Assembly: GCA_046761065.1 (NCBI GenBank)
Contig: JBHIFL010000109.1
Span: 1-11,812 of the forward strand
DNA: 11,812 nt
Source of the DNA: Candidatus Heimdallarchaeota archaeon
GTDB lineage: Archaea > Asgardarchaeota > Wukongarchaeia > Wukongarchaeales > JBHIFL01
Direction of reading: 5' to 3'
In this document: positions 1-7,177 of the stretch, piece after piece
Position numbering within the stretch: position 1 is the stretch's first letter
Layout: every line of letters starts with the position of its first letter
Translations under genes and position numbers: made by a program
The notes under the pieces: generated by a model
Database searches by the model: none
Seen by the model: only the letters and a program-made list of their open reading frames with translations
What the model was told of the DNA's origin: nothing

Positions 1-13
1 AAGTAATGTTCCT

Positions 14-55
14 GCCGGGGTGGCGGAATTGGTAGACGCAAGGGACTTAAAATCC
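14..55 (+). pseudogene. tRNA-Leu(TAA) 5' fragment (acceptor 5' strand, D-arm, anticodon arm up to TCC); probable att-site remnant
   Basis: GCCGGGG-TG-GCGGAATTGGTAGACGC-A-AGGGA-CTTAAAA-TCC matches the 5' half of bacterial tRNA-Leu(UAA). The expected ...TCCCT, variable arm, T-arm (GGTTCGA) and CCCCGGCA-CCA are replaced by AAAAAGAGGC... Confidence 0.88.
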
Positions 56-91
56 AAAAAGAGGCAATAGCACCTTCCCTGGTGAATCCTG

Positions 92-117
92 TAATCTCTT
101 TATATTTCAACGATTTA
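92..117. promoter_or_regulatory. Back-to-back pair of IHF-like sites
   Basis: TAATCTCTTTATA (92-104) matches YAANNNNTTGATW with 1 mismatch. TTTCAACGATTTA (105-117) matches WATCAANNNNTTR with 1 mismatch. Confidence 0.45.
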
Positions 118-129
118 TCTTATTTTTGT

Positions 130-190
130 ATTCTTTTATGTTCTTTTATATTCCGATATTTACCTATTAAATATTCACAATTTATTCACA
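130..190. repeat. Phased short direct repeats (possible Xis/integrase arm-type sites)
   Basis: TTCTTTTAT at 131-139 and 141-149 (10-bp period, degenerate third copy TTCCGATAT at 151-159). TATTCACA at 172-179 and 183-190 (11-bp period). Confidence 0.45.
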
Positions 191-299
191 CCTTTAAAAT
201 TTAATTTGGGTGTTTTAATTTATAATACTGTATTTGGCAAGGAATTGTTCTAGGATTGTATGAAAAGATCATATCTTGATAATTCCACTAATTAGGATA

Positions 300-313
300 T
301 GATTACGTAATCA
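300..313. promoter_or_regulatory. Perfect 14-bp palindrome upstream of the operon promoter
   Basis: TGATTAC|GTAATCA, ending 20 bp upstream of the -35 hexamer. Confidence 0.4.
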
Positions 314-333
314 ATTATTTCTTAAAATTTTTC

Positions 334-362
334 TTGACAGGTTAAAAATTTTATATTATTTT
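334..362 (+). promoter_or_regulatory. Sigma70-type promoter of the metal-resistance operon
   Basis: Perfect TTGACA at 334-339, 17-bp spacer, TATTTT at 357-362, AT-rich upstream tract. Confidence 0.65.
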
Positions 363-388
363 ATTGTTTGTTCATTTGTTCACATAAA
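363..388. promoter_or_regulatory. Putative ArsR/SmtB-family operator (imperfect 12-2-12)
   Basis: GTTTGTTCA-TT-TGTTCACAT (366-385). The right half matches the SmtB/CzrA-type TGTTCAxAT half-site and the left half is degenerate. It overlaps the predicted transcription start, directly upstream of the repressor gene. Confidence 0.55.
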
Positions 389-396
389 ATATCAAT

Positions 397-777
397 ATGG
401 AAAGAAAAGATATTAGCGAAAAGGCCATGTGCGGAGTCGTGTCCATTCATAAAGATATGGTTGACAATGTTAAAAAAATTATGAAGGCAGAAGAAATTAT
501 AACCCGTCTTGCGGAAACCTTCAGTGCTTTATCTAATCCCACAAGAGCTAAAATAATCTTTGCTCTTTTAAACGAAGAGCTATGTGTTTGTGACTTGGCT
601 CATCTAATTGGCCTGTCTGCTTCAGCTATTTCTCATCAATTACGCATTTTGAGAAACTTAAGAATTGTGAAATACAGGAAAGACGGGAAAGTCGTTTACT
701 ATTCTCTCGCAGACAAACATATAGAAAACTTATTCAATCAGGGATTGGAGCATGTTGAAGAGAACAAAATCTCTTAG
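397..777 (+). CDS. ArsR/SmtB-family metal-sensing transcriptional repressor (SmtB/ZiaR/BxmR/CadC-like; Zn/Cd type)
   Basis: 126 aa. Motifs FSALSNPTR, ELCVCDLA, SAISHQLRILR and VYYSL. N-terminal C12/H18 (alpha3N ligands) and alpha5 motif D-K-H-x10-H-V-E-E. Confidence 0.95.
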   Translation: MERKDISEKAMCGVVSIHKDMVDNVKKIMKAEEIITRLAETFSALSNPTRAKIIFALLNEELCVCDLAHLIGLSASAISHQLRILRNLRIVKYRKDGKVVYYSLADKHIENLFNQGLEHVEENKIS

Positions 778-791
778 AGGAATGAACTGAA

Positions 792-1250
792 TTGATCAAA
801 AAAATATCGAACAAAATAAAAGTAAAATTTACGCCTTTAGTTTTAATTTCTACTTTTATCATCATCCTGCAGGGGGCAACAGCGAATCTTGTTGTGTGCT
901 TTGGGGATGACGGTCACATTAATATTGAAACCGCACATTATGGTGTCTGTTGTCCCACTGTTAAAGCTTCTTTGCCAGAATCTCACTCCAGTTATTCTTT
1001 TTTAGGGAAATCCTTCAGCAAAAATCGCTGTCTTCCCTGTAGAGACATCGCCATATCAAATAATAATCTAGAACAGAGTATTGTTCCTGTACAAATAAAA
1101 ATAAAATTGATAAAAACGCTTCTGCTTGCAGCCTTCACCTGCCAAATATCTCAATATACAGAGATCGCATCCGAAGGGCTGCTTCCCTCGCCACCGCATG
1201 CAAGTAATTCCATACTTGCATGCCTTAATTCCATCGTACTCCTTATTTAA
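792..1250 (+). CDS. Cys/His-rich exported hypothetical protein upstream of the czcC-like gene (CzcI/DUF2946-like position; possible leader peptide)
   Basis: TTG start with GAGGA about 10 nt upstream. Basic N-terminus plus hydrophobic segment. Motifs VVCFGDDGHINIE, CC, CLPCRDI and C-terminal PSPPH...LACLNSIVLLI. Fills the gap between the repressor and czcC on the operon strand. Confidence 0.75.
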   Translation: MIKKISNKIKVKFTPLVLISTFIIILQGATANLVVCFGDDGHINIETAHYGVCCPTVKASLPESHSSYSFLGKSFSKNRCLPCRDIAISNNNLEQSIVPVQIKIKLIKTLLLAAFTCQISQYTEIASEGLLPSPPHASNSILACLNSIVLLI

Positions 1251-1381
1251 TTCCTTCAAAAAATCTGGATCGCTAGCAAAGTTCAGCGATTAAGCTTATT
1301 TTTATCTGTTATGTTCAAAGAACATTTAGTACTGAAATGAGCAGAACCGAGGGATCAGAAGCACATATTAGGAGGATTTTA

Positions 1382-2764
1382 ATGTATTTGAAAGGTTCAA
1401 CACTTCTTGGAATCTTTTTGATGGTTGGGCTAACTGGTTGTGTTACTCCCCAGTTGGATGTGGCTTGGCCAGAGCCACGCCCCTTAGGAAAAGACTTTAC
1501 CACATACCGTCCGCCTCATGAACCATATATAGCTGATTCAAAAGCGCTTCAGCTTGAAGAGCCCACTGGCGACCTCTCCTTGCGCCAAGCGCTTTCTCTT
1601 GCACTCATGAAGAATCCTGAATTAGCAGCTTTCTCCTGGGAGGTTCGGGCAAAAGAGGCACTAACTCTGCAAGCCGGGCTTCTTCCTAATCCTGAAGTGG
1701 GGGTTGAGACAGAGAACTTCGGAGGATCTGGGGCTTTCCAGCGTTTTGACGCATCAGAATCTACGATCCAACTCAGCCAGCTGATTGAACTGGCTGGAAA
1801 ACCCTCCAAACGGAGGCGAGTCGCAGCTCTTGAGCGGGATTTGGCTGGATGGGACTATGAGACTAAGCGTTTAGATGTTCTTACTGATGTGACTAAGTCT
1901 TTTATTGATGTTCTTACTGCACAAGAGCGGCTGGAAGTGATTAAAGAGTTGGTACGTCTTGCCGAGCAAGTTTTTACAACTGTTTCAGAGAGGGTCAAAG
2001 CAGGCAAGGTTTCACCTGTAGAAGAGACAAAGGCGGGGATTGCTCTGGCATCCACACGAATTGAACTGGACCGAGCTAGCCGAATGCTAGAAGCCTCCAG
2101 GAAAAGTCTTGCTGCCACTTGGGGCAGCACTTCTCCTGCCTTCAAAAAAGTCGTCGGTGCTCTTGAAGCTGTTTTCCCTATTCCCCAAGCTGAGCAATTA
2201 TACCGTCAGATTTCAAAGAACCCAGATTTGGCTCGGTGGGTTGTGGAGATGGATCAGCGCCGTGCAGCTGTGAAACTGGAGGAGGCCAAGAGGATTCCCG
2301 ATTTAACTGTAAGCGGTGGCGTGCGGCGATTAAATGAAACTAATGACAATGCTTTTGTTCTAGGGATATCCATCCCTATTCCTGTTTTTAACCTTAATCA
2401 GGGAGGAGTCCTCAAAGCCCGGTATCGACTTGCAAAAGCAGAAGAAGAGCGCCGGGTTATCGAGGTGCGAGTTCGTACAGAACTGGCAGAGACTTATCAA
2501 ACTCTTTCCGCTGCTTATGCAGAGGTAACAGCTCTAAAAAATGATGTACTCCCTGGAGCACAGAGCGCCTTTGAAGCTGCGAGCGAGGGATATCGTCAGG
2601 GCAAATTTGGCTTTTTGGATGTTCTCGATGCCCAGCGAACACTCGTTGAAGCAAGGAGCCAATATATTGAGGCCCTTAATGCATACCATAAGGCAGTTGC
2701 GGATGTGGAAAGGCTTATTGGAGAGCGATTAGAGGATATTGAAGATATCGGGGAACAAAAATGA
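1382..2764 (+). CDS. czcC: TolC-family outer membrane efflux protein, CzcC-like (lipoprotein)
   Basis: Start moved to ATG 1382 (AGGAGG at 1370-1375; signal MYLKGSTLLGIFLMVGLTG-C, lipobox LTGC). OEP motifs LSLRQALSLALMKNPEL, AGLLPNP, GISIPIPVFNLNQG and YRQGKFGFLDVLDAQRTL. Symbol is family-level. Confidence 0.93.
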   Translation: MYLKGSTLLGIFLMVGLTGCVTPQLDVAWPEPRPLGKDFTTYRPPHEPYIADSKALQLEEPTGDLSLRQALSLALMKNPELAAFSWEVRAKEALTLQAGLLPNPEVGVETENFGGSGAFQRFDASESTIQLSQLIELAGKPSKRRRVAALERDLAGWDYETKRLDVLTDVTKSFIDVLTAQERLEVIKELVRLAEQVFTTVSERVKAGKVSPVEETKAGIALASTRIELDRASRMLEASRKSLAATWGSTSPAFKKVVGALEAVFPIPQAEQLYRQISKNPDLARWVVEMDQRRAAVKLEEAKRIPDLTVSGGVRRLNETNDNAFVLGISIPIPVFNLNQGGVLKARYRLAKAEEERRVIEVRVRTELAETYQTLSAAYAEVTALKNDVLPGAQSAFEAASEGYRQGKFGFLDVLDAQRTLVEARSQYIEALNAYHKAVADVERLIGERLEDIEDIGEQK

Positions 2765-2777
2765 AAGGAGAAATATG

Positions 2778-4001
2778 ATGGACCGTAAAAAACGAAAGAT
2801 AGTTATTGCTGTTGCATTTGGAGGAATTGCAATACTAGCCATTTTTTTCATGCTTCTAAGAAATCCGAACGAGCCTGTTGCTGAGGCTCAGGAACAACAC
2901 TCTCTAGATGAAGGAGAAGAACACAGCGAGGAGAGAATTGTCCATCTGACACCAGAACAGGTCAGTGAGCTGGGGATCACGATAGAACCCCTGCAATTGG
3001 GAAATGTAAGTTCATCCATTCAGCGACCTGCGACCGTCTTATTTAACCCGGACCGAACAGTCAAGATCGGACCCAGAATTTCCGGGAAAGTTGAACGGGT
3101 CATCGCGGACCTTGGAATGATGGTTAAGCGTGGTGATACACTGGCGGTATTGAGCAGTGTGGAACTGGGAAAAGTAAAAGCAAACTATCTTGCCCAATTG
3201 TCCAAATATGAAACGCAGAAAGCCAGTTATGACCGTGAGAAGGCGCTATACGAGAAAAAGATCAGCAGTGAAGCCGAATATCTGGAAGCCAAATCCAGAT
3301 TCCAGGAAGCCGAATCAGAATTGCGCTCGGCAAATGAAACGCTCCAATTGTATGGAATCTCCCCTGAAGCGGTAGAAAACGCCGAATCACCATCAACAAC
3401 CCCCCTGTCCTATTTTTATCTCAAGAGTCCAATTAGAGGGATTGTGCAAGAACGGAATCTGGCTCCCGGAGAAACCCTTTCGCCTGAAGATACTCCCATC
3501 CACATTGTCGATTCCCGACAGATGTGGGTAATGATTGATGCCTATGAACGGGATATCGCCGTCCTTCAGACCGGACAGCAAATGGAACTAACTGTAAAAA
3601 GCCTTCCCGGGAAAATTTTTGGCGGTAAAGTGAATTGGATTTCCCAGTCACTGAATAAAGAAACTCGTACATTACGAGTCCGAGCGCTGGTAAAAAATCC
3701 TGATTTACTGTTGAGAAACGGCATGTACGGCACAGCCCATATACTAAATGAGACGGAAAAAGGCAAGCCCATCGTTCCGGTCAATGCAGTCCAAACCATT
3801 GGTAATGAAAAAGTAGTGTTCGTGCCCGGCGACGAAGCGGGGAGTTTTCGCCCGGCGCCGGTGGTTCCCGGCTCTGAGAACAACGGCTGGGTAGAGATTG
3901 CTTCCGGACTTCAACCAGGAGCAAAAGTCGTCACTGAAGGCGCTTTTCATTTAAAAGCCATCCTGACGGCGCGAACCCGAAGTGCGGCTCATGGACACTA
4001 A
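2778..4001 (+). CDS. czcB: Efflux RND periplasmic adaptor (MFP), CzcB/CusB-like
   Basis: AAGGAG at 2765-2770 precedes ATG 2775/2778. N-terminal TM anchor, His/Glu linker, lipoyl halves (GPRISGKV...VKRGDTL; LKSPIRGIV), ETRTLRVR, C-terminal GLQPGAKVVTEGAFHLK...AHGH. Symbol is family-level. Confidence 0.93.
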   Translation: MDRKKRKIVIAVAFGGIAILAIFFMLLRNPNEPVAEAQEQHSLDEGEEHSEERIVHLTPEQVSELGITIEPLQLGNVSSSIQRPATVLFNPDRTVKIGPRISGKVERVIADLGMMVKRGDTLAVLSSVELGKVKANYLAQLSKYETQKASYDREKALYEKKISSEAEYLEAKSRFQEAESELRSANETLQLYGISPEAVENAESPSTTPLSYFYLKSPIRGIVQERNLAPGETLSPEDTPIHIVDSRQMWVMIDAYERDIAVLQTGQQMELTVKSLPGKIFGGKVNWISQSLNKETRTLRVRALVKNPDLLLRNGMYGTAHILNETEKGKPIVPVNAVQTIGNEKVVFVPGDEAGSFRPAPVVPGSENNGWVEIASGLQPGAKVVTEGAFHLKAILTARTRSAAHGH

Positions 4002-4037
4002 ACGAGAAAGTAAATTTCAAATTCTTTGGAGGACTGC

Positions 4038-7000
4038 ATGATTGAACGTATTGTGAAATTATCCTTGCGAAACCAGCTCATGATCATTGTGCTGGTCATC
4101 GGTCTCGCTCTTGCCGGTTATTGGGCGTTACGGGAGGTGCCAATTGATGCATTTCCTGATGTTACACCGCCGATGGTACAGATTTTTACCGCCAGTCCCG
4201 GTCTATCTCCGGTAGATGTGGAAACCCAGATCAGCTATCCCATCGAAATCTCTATGTATGGCCTTCCCAAGCTGAAACGGGTCCAGAGCACTTCTATCTT
4301 CGGGCTTTCCCGGGTGAATATCTATTTTGAAGATGGCACCGACATATACTTTGCCCGGCGGCTGGTAATGGAGCGTCTGGCAAAAGCGCGGGAAGCCATC
4401 CCGGAGGGGCTGGGCGAACCGGAACTGGGTCCGCTGACCACCGGACTGGGTCAGGTGATGATGTACACTCTCCGAAATAAAGACGGCTCTAATCACGATT
4501 TAATGACCTTGCGCACCGCCCAGGACTGGATTGTCAAACCGCGTCTGCGAACCATTCCGGGGGTGACGGAAGTCCTTTCGGTGGGAGGCTACGTCCGGCA
4601 ATTCCAGGTGAATGTGGATATGAATGCGTTGCTGGCGCGAAATTTAACCCTGGCAGATGTCCGCAAAGCGCTGGTCTCAAATAATCGGAATGTGGGCGCG
4701 TCTTTTATTGAACGCGCCGGAGAGGAATTTCTGGTGCGCGGCTACGGTTGGGTCCGCCCGGAAAAACAGGGACTGGAAGATATACGAAATATTATTGTGT
4801 CCGAGAAAAACGGCATCCCGGTCACAGTGGGGCAAATCGCTGCGGTTGAATTCGGACCCGAAATTCGGCGGGGCACTATGGTGGCTGACGGAGAGGAAGC
4901 GGTAGGAGGATTCGTGTTGAAACTGTACGGAACCAATACCAAGATACTGCTGGACCGGATTGAGGAGCAAGTCGAATCAATCAATGAGGCGCTGCCCGAA
5001 GGGATGGAGCTTGTTCCGTTTTATTCTCAGGCAGAGCTAGTAGAAAAAGCGGTGGGAACCGTGGAGTCCGCATTACTGGAAGGGGCGGTGCTGGTGCTGA
5101 TTTTTCTCTACCTGTTCCTGGGAAATATCCGCTCCACGCTCATTGTCATTGCCACTCTGCCTTTATCCGCCCTGATTGCTTTTATCGGCATGAAAGCCGT
5201 GGGTCTGTCCGCCAATTTGATGAGTCTTGGCGGCCTGGCGATCGGCATCGGCATGATGGTGGATGGCGCCGTTGTGGTGGTAGAGAATATCTTCCGGCAC
5301 ATTGAGGAACACAAACACACCGGTGAAGAGATATCCATCGTCCGTCTGATCAGTGAATCCACTCGCGAAGTTGCCAGACCGGTGGCGTTCTCCATCTCCA
5401 TTATTATCATTGTGTTTCTGCCGTTGTTTACCCTGCAGGGCACCGAAGGGCTGCTGTTTTCGCCCATGGCTTACACCATTGCATTTGCTTTGATCGGCGC
5501 CCTTTTGCTGGCGCTTACCATGGTACCCGTAGTGTCCAGTTTTCTTTTTCGGATTGATATGAAGCATAAGGAGCCGCGACTGGTTGGCTGGTTGAAACGG
5601 CTCTACCGCCCGGTGCTGCGAAAAGCGGTGCAGCATCCGGTGCGGGTGGTTGTCACAGCGGTTGTGTTGCTGCTGGTGAGCCTGGCTTTATTTCCTTTTC
5701 TGGGGACCGAATTTGTCCCTACCCTGCGGGAAGGAACCATCATGGTGCGCTCCACGCTTCCGCCCGGAGCCAATCTCTCTACCGCGGTTGACTATGCCAA
5801 ACGGATTCAAACCACGGTTCAGGAATTTCCGGAAGTTAGAGTGGCTTATTCCAGGGTGGGCCGGGCAGAAGTAGGCGGCGACCCCGAACCGGTGAATGTA
5901 GTTGCCAGCATCATTACCCTTAAGCCGCTGGAGGATTGGGAGTCGGGGAGAAACTATGAAGAATTGCAGTCAGCTATTGCTGAGAAAATCCAGGATGAGG
6001 TGCCTGGACTGGCAAATAATATATCTCAGCCCATTCAGTTGCGAACCGATGAATTGATGACCGGTATCAAAGCCCAGGTGGCGATCAGCATCTTTGGCGA
6101 CGATCTGGATAAATTAGCCAGCATTGGCGAACAAATTCAGGATATTTGCCGGAACACTCCCGGTGCGGTGGACGTGCGGATGCAACAACAGAGCGGCAAA
6201 TCCCAGATTCTGGTTCGCCCCGACCGGCAGGAGTTGGCGCGGCTGGGAATTTCCATCGACGACTTCCTGCAAACCGTGGAAGCAGGCATTGGTGGGGTGA
6301 CTGCCGGGCAGGTATTTGAAGGCATCCGCAGATTCGATGTGTATTTGCGCCTGCAGGAAAACCAGCGCAATCGGTTGGACCTGATTCAGGAGCTGCCCAT
6401 TCGCACCGCTGCCGGACAGATTATTCCGCTAAGCCAAGTGGCTGATTTGGATGTATTCGTAGGACCCAAGATGATCTCCCGAAATAAAGCCAGCCGACGA
6501 ATTTTTGTCCAGCTCAACGTTCGCGGTAGGGATATGGGAAGCGTGGTACAGGACATCCAGCGATCTGTGCTGCAAAATGTCGATATGCCGCCAGGATATT
6601 TCGTGGAATATGGCGGGCAGTTCGAGAACCAACAGCGAGCAATGCGACGCTTGTATATTGTGGTTCCCATCACTTTGGGACTGATCTTTCTCATGCTGTT
6701 TTCTGCCTTTGGCAGCCTGCGCTACGCCACCCTGATTTTCTTTAATGTGCCATTTGCGGTTATAGGTGGGATTGTATCTTTATTTATTTCAGGACTGTAT
6801 CTCTCGGTACCTGGAGCAGTAGGATTCATTGCCGTGTTTGGCGTGGCAGTATTGAATGGTGTCGTTTTAGTGGATTACATCAACCAATTGCGTGCAATCG
6901 GCATGGAAATCTCTGAAGCAGTATTGACCGGGGCAGAACGACGCCTCCGACCGGTATTGATGACGGCTTCGGTAGCGATTTTGGGGTTGATTCCGTTGCT

Positions 7001-7148
7001 GATTTCCAATGATATCGGATCCAATGTCCAGCGTCCGCTGGCGGCAGTGGTAGTAGGCGGGTTGATTACTTCGACCATGCTAACCCTGGTGGTGCTGCCC
7101 AGTATTTACAAGTGGTTTGCAGTCCCCAGGAAAGAAGTGGAATTATAA
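4038..7148 (+). CDS. czcA: CusA/CzcA-family heavy-metal efflux RND permease
   Basis: GGAGG at 4028-4032 precedes ATG 4038; 1036 aa. Motifs PIDAFPDVT, NLMSLGGLAIGIGMMVDGAVVVVEN, YGGQFENQQRA, GFIAVFGVAVLNGVV, RLRPVLMTA and VQRPLAAVVVGG. Symbol is family-level. Confidence 0.96.
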   Translation: MIERIVKLSLRNQLMIIVLVIGLALAGYWALREVPIDAFPDVTPPMVQIFTASPGLSPVDVETQISYPIEISMYGLPKLKRVQSTSIFGLSRVNIYFEDGTDIYFARRLVMERLAKAREAIPEGLGEPELGPLTTGLGQVMMYTLRNKDGSNHDLMTLRTAQDWIVKPRLRTIPGVTEVLSVGGYVRQFQVNVDMNALLARNLTLADVRKALVSNNRNVGASFIERAGEEFLVRGYGWVRPEKQGLEDIRNIIVSEKNGIPVTVGQIAAVEFGPEIRRGTMVADGEEAVGGFVLKLYGTNTKILLDRIEEQVESINEALPEGMELVPFYSQAELVEKAVGTVESALLEGAVLVLIFLYLFLGNIRSTLIVIATLPLSALIAFIGMKAVGLSANLMSLGGLAIGIGMMVDGAVVVVENIFRHIEEHKHTGEEISIVRLISESTREVARPVAFSISIIIIVFLPLFTLQGTEGLLFSPMAYTIAFALIGALLLALTMVPVVSSFLFRIDMKHKEPRLVGWLKRLYRPVLRKAVQHPVRVVVTAVVLLLVSLALFPFLGTEFVPTLREGTIMVRSTLPPGANLSTAVDYAKRIQTTVQEFPEVRVAYSRVGRAEVGGDPEPVNVVASIITLKPLEDWESGRNYEELQSAIAEKIQDEVPGLANNISQPIQLRTDELMTGIKAQVAISIFGDDLDKLASIGEQIQDICRNTPGAVDVRMQQQSGKSQILVRPDRQELARLGISIDDFLQTVEAGIGGVTAGQVFEGIRRFDVYLRLQENQRNRLDLIQELPIRTAAGQIIPLSQVADLDVFVGPKMISRNKASRRIFVQLNVRGRDMGSVVQDIQRSVLQNVDMPPGYFVEYGGQFENQQRAMRRLYIVVPITLGLIFLMLFSAFGSLRYATLIFFNVPFAVIGGIVSLFISGLYLSVPGAVGFIAVFGVAVLNGVVLVDYINQLRAIGMEISEAVLTGAERRLRPVLMTASVAILGLIPLLISNDIGSNVQRPLAAVVVGGLITSTMLTLVVLPSIYKWFAVPRKEVEL

Positions 7149-7177
7149 AACAACGAACAAAATTTTAGGAGTAAACC

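Noticed and set aside
14-100. Intact or group I intron-containing tRNA-Leu(UAA)
   Set aside because: No T-arm or 3' acceptor strand follows. The known tRNA-Leu(UAA) intron interrupts the anticodon itself, whereas here the loop CTTAAAA-TCC is continuous, and no intron core or 3' exon is visible.
171-385. Replication origin (DnaA-box-like 9-mers in AT-rich DNA)
   Set aside because: Only one consensus match (182-190) and two one-mismatch copies, one of which is better explained as the ArsR operator half-site. No dnaA or rep gene context.
782-790. Mini-ORF ATG-AAC-TGA just before the TTG start of the leader gene
   Set aside because: The SD-to-ATG spacing is too short and two-codon ORFs arise readily by chance.
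1337-4037. ORF-track starts at 1337, 2739 and 4026 (also 9680 and 9967)
   Set aside because: Downstream ATGs at 1382, 2775/2778, 4038 and 9692 have clear SD sequences and give proper N-termini. ATG 9988 avoids overlap with the CC-star gene, although its SD is weak.
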